DNA of 63,537 nt, filler included, from Folioceros fuciformis (Eukaryota), in assembly GCA_049999805.1 (NCBI GenBank). It is 13 parts of 13 records of this genome, joined end to end, with 100 filler letters (N's around TTAATTAATTAA, not from the genome) between each part and the next. Parts side by side here need not be neighbours in the genome. Positions count along the whole stretch, not along the records: positions 5,752 to 18,093 come from JBNGIO010003807.1; positions 18,194 to 19,605 come from JBNGIO010003808.1; positions 19,706 to 37,885 come from JBNGIO010003811.1; 10 more parts are not named here. The stretch is one strand, 5' to 3'. The notes under the pieces were generated by a model, which ran no database searches, was not told the DNA's origin, and saw only the letters and a program-made list of their open reading frames with translations. A program made the position numbers and the translations under genes. Of the stretch, positions 12,101 through 24,680 are shown piece by piece. Within the stretch, counting starts at the first letter, position 1, and each line of letters opens with the position of its first letter.

Positions 12101-15100
12101 TTATTGATCGAAGTAGGCAGTGAAGTCATGCAGCCCTAGGCCCTCCATGTGAGGATAATGTTTGTATTTAGGAAGGCCCTTGGTCAAGATATCTGCCGTG
12201 TTATCATATGTGTTGACGTAATCCACCTTGATCACACCACGTGCTACCACATCTTGTATATAGTGGTGCTGCACTTCGATGTGCTTAGTACGAGCATGGA
12301 AGGCAGGTTTTGCTACTAACTCCAAAGCACCTGTGTTGTCGCAGAGGATCAAGGTGGGGTGAGGCTGGACCTGTCCTAGGTCAGCCAGGAAGCTTCGTTC
12401 CCATTCTGCCTCCTTGGCAGCTTCCGTCATGGATTTGTATTCTGCCTCAGTGGAGCTCAAGGCTATGGTAGTTTGTTTTTTGCTACTCCATGTCACTACA
12501 GCTAAAGCGAGAAGAAAACAATATGTGGAAAGACTTCTCCTCGAGTCTGAGTCAGAGCCCCAGTCTTCATCTGTAAAACCGGTAAGGGTTAGCTTGGCTT
12601 CACCACTACGTTTATACATCAGTCCATATTTCATTGTGCCCTTCAAATAACGAAATACTCGTTTAATTGCAGTCCTGTGGGTTCTTCCAGGATTCTCAAG
12701 AAATTGGGAGGCGATGCTGACGGCATATTGAATATCTGGCCGAGTCCAGTTCGCAATGAATAGGAGACTGCCAACGGCGTGTCTATAGGGCACGTCTTGC
12801 ATATCCTTGATCTCTTCCTTGGTCTGAGGGCACTGAGAGCGAGTGAGCTTTGCACCTGTTGCATAGGGTGTGGTTGTTGGTCTAGCCTGGTCGAGGTGAA
12901 ACTTCTTAAGGATCTCATTAACATACTTGTGCTGGTGTATGAACATAATGCCCTTGTCTCAAACCCGTAGCAGCTGTATGCCCAAGCAGAACTTAAGCTC
13001 CCCAATGTCTTTCATTTCAAACCTGCAGCTGAGTTGTTCTTTGACAACTGACAACAGTTGTTTGTCATTCGTGGCAAAGATCACATCATCTATGTACAAG
13101 GCCAGCAACACTATAGAAGATCCTTTGGTAAGCTTATAGACGTTTGTGTCATCATTGCTCTGAACAAACTTTATGCTCAGCAAATACAAGTGCATAGTAA
13201 TATACCACACGTGCCCACTCTGCTTTAAACCATAGATGCATTTTAGAAGCTTTAACACTTTGTGTGGGTGTACAGGGTCCTCATATGCTTCAGGCTGGAG
13301 CATGTGCAGCTCCTCATCAAGGGCACCATACAAAAAGGCTGTGCAAACATCCATTTGGTGGAGGTCTAGGTCATGCTCTGTGGCATAGGCAAGAAGGATT
13401 CGAATGGACTATGTTCTCACAACAAGTGAAAAAGTTTCTTGGTAGTCGATTCCTTCAACCTAGGTAAATCCACGAGCAACAAGTCGTGCTTTGTAGCGTG
13501 CTACTTCTCCCTTAGCATTTAACTTGAGTTTGAACACCCACTTGCAGGATATGGCCTTACGCCCTGGTGGAAGATCCACTAGCTGCCATGTTTTATTTTT
13601 CACCAATGACTTATATTCGTCCTCCACGGCGGCCTTCCATTCTTCAGATTGTGGACCAGTGAAGGCCTGAGTCAAAGTAATTGGCTCATCAGGGAGAGGA
13701 ATTAATAGCAAGGTGAGTGCAGAAGTCTATTGACTGATATCGGGATTCCTTCCACTCGTCAGGGGGTGGCCTGAGGCGTGTGAAGCGGCGCAGAATAGGG
13801 GTTGGATCTGCATTGTCATCCTCAGGTTCTGAAGCGGCACGGTCAGCATCACCATCATCTTCATGTTGAGCGGTTTCATCAGCCTCCTGTAGTTGCTACT
13901 GTTGACCTTCTTCCCCCTCTGCTTCAGAATCCAGGGGATCTGGAGGAAGATCAGCAGCTCCTGGGATAAGAGGAGCAAGAGGGACGGAAGGAGCTAAAGG
14001 ATCAAGCTCATCAGGATCAGTATCATCCAGAGGGTAGTCCACAACTGAATCTGGAGGAGGAGGAGGGAGACTTTCTACAGGAGACTCGACAGTTGATGAA
14101 GGATCATGTGGTTCAAGAAAGGTGACACTTCTTGCAAGCACAATGGACTCAGTGACTGGATTGAAAAGCTGTTAGGCCTTAGCCTGCTCGCTGTATCCCA
14201 CAAAAGTGAAAGCCTGTGCACGCTGATCTAGTTTCTTCCTTTTCTCAGATGGAATATGAGCATAGGCTTTGGAACCAAAAACCTTGAGATGCAGCAGACT
14301 AGACTTCTTTTCCCAGTACACCTCATAAGGAGTCTGATGAGGGACTGAACTAGTTAGGACCCTATTGAGGATGTATGTGGCTGCCACAACTGCTTCGGCC
14401 CAATAACCCTGAGGTAAGCCTGCCCAAAGCAGCATGCTTCGTGTCATCCCAAGCAATGTTTGATTTTTGCATTCTAAGATGCCATTCTACGTTGGGGTAT
14501 AGGGAACTGTGAGTTGCCTCAAGAAGAAAATCTTCAAAAAATGAGTTAACAAAGTCTGTCCCGTTGTCTGTCCTCAATGTTTTCAGTAACCTGCCTGTTT
14601 GCCTCTGAGTTGTGATGAGCCAGGCCTTGAAATAGCTGAAAGTATCACTTTTGGAGTGCACGGGAAAGGTCCATGTGTAACGACTATAATCATCCGTGAG
14701 GGTGAAAAAGTAACGAGAGCCCCCAAGGGAGGGTTCATGGATCTTTCCTGAAATATCAGCATGTAATAACTCAAGTACCTTTGTAGCTCTATGTGCAGGT
14801 GCATTTGGGAAAGGAGACTCCTTCTGTTTCGCTAGTATGCATGGCTCGCAAACAGGCAAATGCTTGAAGCATTTAGGAAGAGGTTCTTTGTGGCATTCTA
14901 TTGTAGACATGTCAATGAGCTTAGCTCTATTTACGTGCCCTAACCTAGCGTGCCACAATATAGCCTCCTGCTGAGGACTGATAGTGGGAACACCAGTGGA
15001 CCGGGTGGAATACTGATAAGTGGATGATGCCTGGGTGCATACTATGTTTAACCTGTATAGGTCATGCTTGAGAATCCCCTTAAACACACATGTGTTGGGA

Positions 15101-16406
15101 GAGGACTTTCTATAAAAGCAGCAGTGTTCATGATCTGCTCTCATGTAGAAGGTACGTAGACGCATGAGTTGACTCATAGACATGAGGTTCTTAGCCATGC
15201 TAGGAACAAAGAGGACATCTTCGAGCCTTAGGTCAGTGCCATCACTTAATCTGAAAGTGCACGTGCCTTTACCCTCTATGTGCAAACTAGATTTGCTTTG
15301 ATCATCTCCCAGGAAAACTTTGTCAATAGCTGGACCTTTGTGCAGAGAGGAAAACAACTTCCTGTCCTTACAAATATGGGTAGTCGCTCCAGAATCAAGG
15401 TACCAGCACCCATCATCATTCAAAGAACTCGAAAGGCAAACAGTCAGAATCTTTACTGGTGCTTTTGATTCTCCTGATTTTTTCCTTAACTGCAACACTT
15501 GCAGCCGGCTTTGGTTGTTTTTGGGGCTCACTTGCCCTTTCTTTTCGGCACTCTCATGCCCAGTGACCAGGCGTCTCACATAATTGCAGTTGCCTAGTCG
15601 CTTCGTAGAGCTTGAGGATTCCCCCTTCTGTCCAGGTGAATTGCCTCCTTTAAGCTTCCCTTTGCCTTTGCCTGAGCATAAATTAGCTGCTAACACCTTT
15701 TCCCCCTTGCCCTTAAAGGATCCATAGGCGAAGGCACAGCTCTGCTCTCCTGGAACAGTGCACCAATCACCTCTTCCAAGGTGACGGTCACTGCACTTCC
15801 AGCAGCTTGAAGTGGTCCGTTCTGGCTTGTGACAAAGGTCTGATAGGAAGCAGGGAGTGAAGTGAGCAACTGTGCTACAGCATCTACCTCTGACATCTTG
15901 TCTCCAGTCATGGCCATGAGCTGGGCCCGAAGGTGCTGGAACTTGCTGGTATGAGTTGCCACTTTATCCCCTTTCTTCATCTTTAAAGCGTAGAATTCCT
16001 GCCTCACAGAACAGAGGGTCATGAGGTTCTAAACTTTGTAGGTCTTTTCCAACTGATCCCATATTTCATTTGCCTTGTCGAGGTACTCGACGCCAGGGAT
16101 GAAATTTGCATCAAGTCCGTTAATGAGGAGAGCAACAGCAATTGCATTGTGTTGGTTCCACTTGGCAATATCATCTGGATCAAGAGGTGGGACAACATTT
16201 TGGTTTGGTTGAGCATAAGTCCCATCGACTGTGCTCCAAACACCACGGGCAAGTAAGGTTGCTTTCATTCTCACTCGCCAAACAAGATAGCCATTCCCCT
16301 TAAACCTATCCTTTTCCTTTAACTCAGACGTAAACAACGGAGCGGTTATAGCCATGGTTACTCTGAATGCAGGTGGTATCGAGACAACGAATGGTATGGG
16401 AACCAC
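12101..16406 (-). pseudogene. Copia gag-pol polyprotein with multiple stops and frameshifts
   Basis: ORF pieces 16029-16406 and 15690-16022 (gag), 14362-15696 (PR/IN), 14172-14456, 13460-13711, 12959-13354, 12101-12946 (RT/RH, HARTKHIEVQHH). Confidence 0.92.
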
Positions 16407-16919
16407 TGATGGTTGTAGGCTAAGCTATGCAAAGGAATTATTCAGCAAGTGCAACAACAAATCGATGGACATGAATACTGAGCACGTTGTAGGAGGGCTA
16501 TGGCTCCGGTAACAAAGCTATGTACTCATGCATCAATGTATAACTGATAATTAGGGACTAATCATGATATGTAGGAGAGATGCTGAGAATGTTAGCCTAG
16601 GTTGGTTTAGATGATGTGCCCAACCCCTGCTGAACCCCTCAGCCTTTTCTTCCTGTTCTAACATGATAAGTTGCACCTTATGCAAGAAACCCTAAAAAAA
16701 ACAGCAACTGTTCTTTTTCTGATGGCGTTTCACTTAAACAATTAGGTCAACTTGACCAACGTGTCATTGTCTTGTGAACAGACACTCTAAAGCAAGCCAA
16801 TGAGCAACACAAGGACAGATCTGGCCCAAACAACGCCAAGCCAATAGTGCCTGTTCAGATCAGGAGCATGAGGGATGCTGATGCGCCTGAATCGCCTTGC
16901 TCCCTAGCAGCGGAAGATT

Positions 16920-17489
16920 TCACAGGACCTGTGAGCTGGATGCAGAATCGTTAGATAAGGTATTCTGTTCCAGAGCTTGTAGGCTGATGTCCATATCCTT
17001 TAACAGATCAATGACTTTGCCTATGTCTCTCTGGAGTTGGTCTTTGAGGGAAAGAATAACACTCTGCCACTGAATCCAGGCTATGAATCCTGTTCTTGAG
17101 GAAGACCTGATTTTGTAAAATCGTGGACAGCACCTTCTCAATACAGGTAAGAGAGTCTTGTGTTTTATTAGCAATAATCTGAACGCCGGTATGAGGATTG
17201 ATTACAGGTGTGTCTTGCGTTGTTGCAGAACGTTGAGAATAATCTGGTCTCACAACTTCAGAGTTCAAATCTCTTGCAAATGGTCTTGACCTAGTAAAAA
17301 GTATCCTTTGAGAATTTTCTACAACAATCTTCTGCAGCCAGAGGGCGGGGTATTGTTGCTCGTAGAGATCCAGCACCATATCCAAAGAAAATGGTGCTTT
17401 GGGTCGCGGCTGAAATCCCCTATTGTAATTTTGTACAGGGGATAATTCACCTTGACGCAAGTCTCTACAACTCCTGCGCCTCGGCATTA
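16920..17489 (-). pseudogene. Extra ORF between the PBS and gag of the copia element (frameshifted, coiled-coil-like tail)
   Basis: MPRRRSCRDL... 159-aa ORF starts ~35 nt after the PBS; overlapping ORF 16920-17174 (LKDQLQRDIGKVIDLLKDMD). Confidence 0.4.
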
Positions 17490-17722
17490 TGTAAAGCTTT
17501 CCTCAAGGTGCAGAGCATCTACAAGCTCTAATACCATGTAAATAAACAAGGAGCAAAGATAGCCTAGCAAGAATAGTCAGAGTGAATATTAATAATGTCA
17601 AAATTGTCTTTAAATACATATATCACGACTGTTCATTGTCAACCCTAATCCACATATGTCTACCCATAACTTGTCGTTAAATAACCTATGCAAAGGCTAA
17701 GGATTAACCTCCCTTGTTAACA

Positions 17723-17900
17723 ACAGGTTATAGGCTTTCGTCCAGGAGGAAGATCTGCCAGCTCCCAAGTATGGTTTTTGACCAGCGAATTATATTCGTC
17801 ATTGATGGAGACCTACCAATGTTCACCATCTGGTCCATTCAGGGCTTCAGTATAACTCTGTGGATTAGGTTTGATCTCCAGGACATGCAAGTCATATATC
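17723..17900 (-). pseudogene. Host Ty1/copia RT, 5' part
   Basis: TWELADLPPGRKPITC joins in frame to KWVFQTK at 11066 once the nested element and one TSD are removed. Confidence 0.85.
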
Positions 17901-18839
17901 TTTGCATCATGTTTCCTGAATGTGAACCTCCAAAGTTTGGGGTAGTAGTTTGTTTTGGTTGAAAAAGGGTTAATAGTGGTATGGTTTGGTTTTCTTTTTC
18001 AACTTATTTTCCCTAATTTTCCTTGATTTTCTGGTCATTTTTCCTATTTTTCTTTGTGCTAATTAGGTTAATTGACTAGGAAATAGTTGGTTTNNNNNNN
18101 NNNNNNNNNNNNNNNNNNNNNNNNNNNNNNNNNNNNNTTAATTAATTAANNNNNNNNNNNNNNNNNNNNNNNNNNNNNNNNNNNNNNNNNNNNCCAACCT
18201 AGGCATAAAGACTATGTAGTTAGTGTGTTTTTAAGCCCCCCATGCATACCTTAGTCTACTTTACCTTTGCTGGCTGTTCTTGTTTGTGGATGTGGATATG
18301 GAAGGGCATGAGGGTGGGGACGAGGACGATATCAACCTATGTTGCATGTGCCTAAGATAAGGATAATTGAAACAAGACATTTATGTACATAAATGCCCAA
18401 AAAACGAAATGACACCGAATAAAACCTTTGCACGCACTCAGGGTTATATAAAACCCCCTTTCACATATACTAGTTTTTACAACTCATCAGCTTCAAAACA
18501 CAATAGTATTTATTATCTTTCGTCCTTGGAGGAATCCAATAAAAACTCATCAACCCAAGAGTGATCGCCCAGAGAAAGTTGTCCCAAGTTTGCTATATGG
18601 GGCCACTAGACCTAGGCTATTAGCGAGAAGTAGCCAGGCATGTCACATGAGCTAGCTACGCATGTAAATCTCACTTGTTTCACTAATGTATGGTTAACTA
18701 ACCACAGACTCAACTACGCCAAAGAATTAACATGTAGAATAGTCACTTTGAAGAGTTCAACTTTTCTTACATGAACATAGTAGTTTTTTTTTAATTATTT
18801 AATTTGTAGGATTTCAAGCAACAAGGTGGTTCTCCAGTT

Positions 18840-19060
18840 GAGCGTAGGGCAGTGGTGATGGAGAGTAGGTCAATGGTGATACGGCGATGGNNNNNNNNNN
18901 CGGTGATACGGCGATGGTGAGCGTAGGGCAGTGGTGATGGAGAGTAGAGCAGTGGTGATGAACGTGGAGCGTAGGGTGGTGGTATGGCATAGGTGTGATG
19001 AAGAGTAGGGCAGTGCTGATGAATGTGGAGCGTAGGGTGGTGGTATGGCATAGGTGTGTG
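18840..19060 (+). repeat. Degenerate minisatellite (agcgtagggcagtggtgatggagagtag-like units)
   Basis: Repeated GCGTAGGG/GTGGTGATG units spanning a 10-N gap. Confidence 0.75.
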
Positions 19061-19089
19061 TACAACTTTGCTATGCCATTGTGCGGCTA

Positions 19090-19605
19090 TGGGCCTAGGG
19101 TTTCTAAGAGGTGCTCTTTAGGGGTATGGACCTAGGGTTTTTAAGAGGTGCTCTTTAGGGGAAGAGTTTGGACGATGAAAATTGATGTAGGGTAAGGCAA
19201 TGTTCATTAGGGCTAAGGTTGTGTGTTTGTGTCCAGGTGAGGAAGGTACCAAAAAATGGTATACCGATAGGCTGGAGCAAGCAAGTAAGGTTTAGGGTAT
19301 AGCGGCAGGGCAAAGCGGAATGAGTTTAGTGTTTAGTAAAATAGCATAGCAGAATGAGATTAGGGTTTAGTGGCATGGCAGAGCAACAAGGTTTACAGTT
19401 TACAAGCATGGCAGCAGCAAAATGGATTTAGGGCATGACGGGGGAGAATGGATGTAGGGTTTTAGGGCATTGCGAAAAAAAAATAGGTTTAGGGTTTAGT
19501 GACATGATGGAGCAGAATAGGTTTAGGGTTTATCCGCATGGCAGAGTAGAGTGGGTTTAGGGTGTAGCGACAAGGTGGAGAAAAATGGATTAGGGTTTTT
19601 ATCAG
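19090..19605 (+). repeat. Degenerate array with recurring TTTAGGG(TTT) telomere-like motifs
   Basis: TAGGGTTT/TTTAGGG recurs roughly every 35-45 bp up to the scaffold end. Confidence 0.55.
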
Positions 19606-19939
19606 NNNNNNNNNNNNNNNNNNNNNNNNNNNNNNNNNNNNNNNNNNNNTTAATTAATTAANNNNNNNNNNNNNNNNNNNNNNNNNNNNNNNNNNNNNNN
19701 NNNNNCCACAAGTCGATGTTCCCTACGTATGCAGCGTCTGCTAATACTCGGCGTTTCGTANNNNNNNNNNNNNNNNNNNNNNNNNNNNNNNNNNNNNNNN
19801 NNNNNNNNNNNNNNNNNNNNNNNNNNNNNNNNNNNNNNNNNNNNNNNNNNNNNNNNNNNNTTTCAAGCAAGCCCGTGCTTTTAGCGGCTGCCTCTACGGT
19901 GGTTTCCTCTCACGGAGACCAGCCTCATAGGAGCTCGCA

Positions 19940-20127
19940 TCTAGGTGCAGCTCTCTTGTGGCATTGCCGGCTCGCACACCTCAACCCTGCTCGATTGCTT
20001 GCCAACTCCCAACAAGACTTGTACCAGGACAAACTTCCTAAGCTTCCGTCAACAAAGCCTCTTTGCGAAGCTTGTGTCCTTGCTAAACAGCGAAGTTCCC
20101 CTTATCCTACTCTTCCTGCTCATCAGG
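19940..20127 (+). pseudogene. Copia GAG-pre-integrase/integrase Zn-finger fragment
   Basis: LWHCRLAHLN...CEACVLAKQRSSPYP. Confidence 0.8.
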
Positions 20128-22900
20128 AGACGGGCCAGTGGTCAGGTTGTTAGAAAAGGGAGCGGGTTGGTGTCACAGGAGATAGGCCTGGAACGGACTG
20201 AGGCGGAGCAGGTGGTCGTCCGAGAAACAGCAAATCAAGGGTCGGCAGAGCAGGAACTGAACGAAGGGGAACTAGAGGCACCTCAGGAGCAGATGCCAGT
20301 GATGGAAGTGACCCCTCCTGAGGGAAGGAGGGAATTAGGGCACGATCCGAAGCAAGAAGCCTTTCCAGAATGGGAGGATGTTTTTAGGAAGATCCCTCGG
20401 GTGGATAGGTTGCAAGCGGAGGAGCTGGAGAAGATATGAGCACTGATGGGGAGGCAAATAACCAAGAGGGGACTCGCCCCTGTGGAGTCGTAGGAGGTGG
20501 ATCTGCCAGGACTAACCTTTAGCCGTGGTGCGGGCCCAAGCGGACGTGTTGGACTAGGTGGCTAGGGCATTGACCTGGCTAAGCAGGCAGGCGGAGAAGG
20601 AGGCCGAGGCCCGAAGTGGAGACGTAGAGGCAAGAGGAAAGGAATCCGAAGCCTAGAGACGGTTGGCAGAGTCTGAAACGGCAAGGCGGCTTGTGGAAGA
20701 AGAGAGGCGGGTCCTGAGTGAGGGCAAGGCACAAGCATAGGAATAGGCGCACCAAGCCAAGGCAAAGATCTAGGCGCTAATGGAACAACAAGAGTCGCTC
20801 CTAGCTCAGGTGAGGGTAGCCCATGAAACTAATTTGGAAATACAGCAGGAGTTGGCCGAGGCTCAGGAGCAGGAGCGGGAGATGGCTGCGATGGAACAAG
20901 CCCAGAAGTTGGCGGACAGGTACAAACGGGAGCGGGATGAGGCCAGAGAGCTAGTAAAAGGGAAGGGCAAGGCCGGGCGCTGTGGTTGGACGGCGACGCC
21001 GGTAGCTGGAGGGGTTATCGGTAGTCGCGTGTCAGAACCGGTAGCCGGCGGGGCTACCGGTAGTCTCCTGCCACCCGAGGTAGTTGAAGGGGCTACCGGA
21101 AGGGGTGGTGCAACCCCATTAGCCGAAGTCACGACCCCGGTAGCTGGAGCAGCAAGAGCAAGGGCGCCTGTGCCCAGGCGTTCCAGGAGGGCGACTCGCA
21201 CCAGGCGGACAGAGCTAGAGGAAGCAGTAGCAGCCGGAGGAATGGAGGACTCTCAGGTACCCCAGGAGAGCAAGGGTCAGGCAGCCCGAAGTAGCCCAAG
21301 GGAGGAAGGGGTAAGCACTTCCCTTATGACAGGGGGTCAGGTTATGCTGCAGTATGAGGAGGAGGCTTCTTATGTGCCAGGCCTCTATGTGGAGGGAGGC
21401 CGAGTTTTGTCACCATTTTTGTATGTACGTGTGGGCAAAGGAGGGACGTAGGGCTATAGCCTACAACTGAAGACCCGAAGGGGCATCTACTACTACCGTT
21501 GGCGGGTATGGGGACTGCCTCACTTCTATTCTGAGGTAGTCCTGGAGGAACTGACGGAGGAGGAGGCACAGCGGTGGGTTGAATAGGAGCCCGTCTTCAT
21601 CCTCAATAATCAGCAACGTGGGGAGGGGAGGAATTTCCTACAACGAGACCCACCTGCGCTGCCACCAGCAAGGCCTAGCAGTAGCACCAGTGAGGTGGAG
21701 TTCCTGTGGGAAGACCTGCCTGACCAGCGGTGGGGCAGGAGGGCTAGAGGCAGACCAGTAGGGGGAGGAGGGCGACGGCCAGGAGGGAGATGCCAGCGGC
21801 AAAGAGGGAGGGGATAGTAATTACGATCTAGATTAGTTTTTTTTAGATTGTTTTTGCTTGGACCTAAGCCGCTCAACATTCAAGAGCGCTGACTGACGCC
21901 TAACAAACTTTATGGGAGAAAGACCGCCACTACCGTGTATAAGAGGCCAGTTTGAGGCCTCGGGAAAATCAGTAAGAAACCAGCCAGACATTTCGACCTT
22001 GTGGAAGCCTAGCGATGGCCGTTGCTAGACAAGAGGTCCAGGCAAGCAAGCGCACATAGTGTTCTGAGGGTGTGGGTGCAGATGGTGGATGCTCCGTAAT
22101 CGAAAATCGGGAACGAATCAGAAGGGGAGACCTCACCGAGTGGGAGACGAGCTCCCTAGCTATTCCTATGACGGTTGCGTGGGGTGGAAAAGGTACTGGA
22201 GGCCGAATCCGTGAGTTTGGAGTGGAAGGGGATAACCCTTCCCTTAGCCTTCGGTGACCCACCACCTCTTCAAACTTCGGAGAGAAGAGAAGGCCCAAAC
22301 GGGACCCATTGATGAGAGAAGACGAAAGTCGTGAGTGGATTAAAGATTAAGAGTGTGTCGAGGGTTGTGTGTGGGGAAGCCAGCGGGTGGTTTGAGCGGC
22401 CGCCACTGGGAGAGTTGCAGGTGGATGCAGAACGTGGTTGTGGTGATGACTGAAGGAAGAAGTTGTGAAACTGAACGATTGGATTGACTGTGTGTGAGTG
22501 GTAGTGAGTCGAGAGTGTAGCTGAGGAACTGAAAAAGTGGAGTGGTGAGAGTGAGCGCTGCGGGGGGTGTCACCGCGACTGACTAGCGAGTAAATAGAGC
22601 AGGAGGGTGACGAGAACTAGATGTGTTTATGTGCCGTGACGGATTGTTGTGAGGTGAAGAGAAGTTCACCGGTGTCTATGTGACTGAAGCACAGGGACGT
22701 GCGAGCGGATGCGAGAGGTTAGGCCCAGAGGATGCGAGTCGAATGCGGTAGTGGAGGGGAGCGTGCTGACTAAATAAGAACTGGGTAGGTAGGTGAAGGT
22801 TCGTGTCTCCCTCTGTGTGTGTGCGTGTGTGTGCGTGGGCGTGAGCTGGGCGCCTTCGATCTCTGAGAGGGGCAGTAAGTGGATGTGAGCGAATGGAGAG
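20128..22900 (+). mobile_element. Ty3/gypsy (Athila-like) 3' region: degraded Glu-rich/coiled-coil extra ORF followed by LTR-like repeat
   Basis: Stop-interrupted coding-like sequence at 20128-21790 (MEQQESLLAQVR...KGKGKAG). 21790-22900 is shared with 9150-9980 and 40420-40800. Confidence 0.6.
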
Positions 22901-22929
22901 GCGCAATTGCAACAATCATTTCGAAGAGG

Positions 22930-24680
22930 CGCCAATCTACCAGAGTTCGTAGGTGCCCCGCCTATCTGGATGCCTACCATTTCCCAGGAGTTACTCCTCA
23001 GCAGCCCATCATTGCAGAAGTTGCTCCTGATGTTCCTGAAATTGATAACATGCCTGCAGCGACAAGATTGATGCCCTGGATAATCTCATGGCAAGAGCAA
23101 TGCTTGCTGCAACCCACGTGCTTAAGCCTGCAAGCCTAGAGGAAGCTCTCAGATCACCTGATAAGGAAGGATGGATGAAGGCAATCCAACAGGAATATGA
23201 TTCTCTCATTGAATTAAAGACATGGGTGCTCAACCCACTCCCTCCCGGTCGCAAGGCAATTAAATGTAAGTGGACATTCAAACATAAGGTGAAGACTGAC
23301 AGAACCATCGAAAGACTCAAAGCACGGCTCGTGATCAAGGGCTACAGTCAGAGGCCCGGCCTCGACTATGGAGATAACATCTACGCACTTGTGGTGGCCG
23401 CTCAATCTGGTAGATTCCTCCTAGCAATTGCGGCTGAGCACGACCTTGATGTGCATCAACTCGACATTTCAACAGCCTTCCTCTATGCCACACTTAAGGA
23501 CGAAATTTATATGGAGCAACCACCAATGTACGTGGATCCCAAGAGACCTACTTGGGTTTGCAAGCTACTCAAGGGACTATACAGCCTTAAGCAAGCACCA
23601 GCTGAATTTGTTTTGCTAATTGACGGTCACCTTATCCAATTCGGCTTTGTCAAGACCTCAGCAGATCAGAACTTATACTTGCTGCAAAGGGAAGACAAGT
23701 TCTTGGTACTGGCCTTATATGTAGACGACTGCATTCTGTTCACAAATGATCCAAAGAAGATGCTTTTCGATGTGAAGGGAATGCTCGCTACCAGGTTTAA
23801 GATGAGGGACTTAGGACCCTTGGAATACTGTCTCAGAGTACAAATCGGTTGAGACAGAGAGGCAGGCACGCTATCTCTACTCCAGTCAAAGTACGTTCTT
23901 GATATTTTAGATAAGTTCAAGCTCTCATATGCTTGACCTGCTCCAACACCACTTCCAGCAAGAGTCAAGCTCACCTTAGCCGATTGCCCCACAACTGAAG
24001 TAGAAAAGGAGGACATGGCCAAGGTGCCTTATCTTAATACTGTTGGCAGTCTCATCTATTTTCACGGCTGGACACGCTACGACATTCCTATGCTGCATCT
24101 AGTGTAGCCGCAGTTTATGTCTAATCTTGGCAGGGCACACTGGATGTGTGTGAAGCGAATTTACCGTTATCTGAAGGGTACGACTCATCTTGGAATCACC
24201 TACAAGAGGTCAAGTAATGGAGTGCTTAACTTCGAGGGCTGGTCTGATGCCGACTAGGCATCCGACCCCGATGCTCGTTGAAGCGTTGCGGCCTATGTCT
24301 TCACCTTGGGAGGATCAGCTGTATCATGGTCAAGCAAGAAGTTTGCCATGATTTCCACATCAAGCGCTGAAAGTGAATATGGAGCCTTATCCAAGGCTGG
24401 AAAAGAAATTGTAGACTGTAGGCAAATCCTTGAAGACCTCAGCTACCCACAAGCAAATCCTACTGTCCTGCATTGTGATAGCATTGCAGCCATTGCCTTA
24501 ACCAAGGGTGATAGATTCCATGCTATTGCTTATCACTTTGTCAGGTAGCTTGCAGCTAGAGGCACCGTCAAGCTCTTATATGTTCCTACGGAGCTCAATC
24601 TAGCTGATCTCCTCACTAAGTTGCTAGGCAAAGCCAAGCACGAAAGACTCACCTCTGCCTCAGGCCTCGCGAACTTCAGA
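22930..24680 (+). pseudogene. Ty1/copia RT-RNase H, degraded
   Basis: PPGRKAIKCKW, LKARLVIKGY, QLDISTAFL, YVDD, SWSSKK; internal stops. Confidence 0.92.

Larger units (their letters stand above)
11072..17722 (-). mobile_element. Full-length Ty1/copia LTR retrotransposon with degraded gag-pol
   Basis: LTRs at 11072-11256 and 17537-17722 (TG...CA, ~95% identical). ACAGG TSD at 11067-11071 and 17723-17727. iMet-like PBS at 17525-17536 and PPT next to 11256. Domain order gag, PR (WYLDSGAT), IN (WHARLGH, CEPC, LRTDNG), RT (YIDD), RH. Confidence 0.95.
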
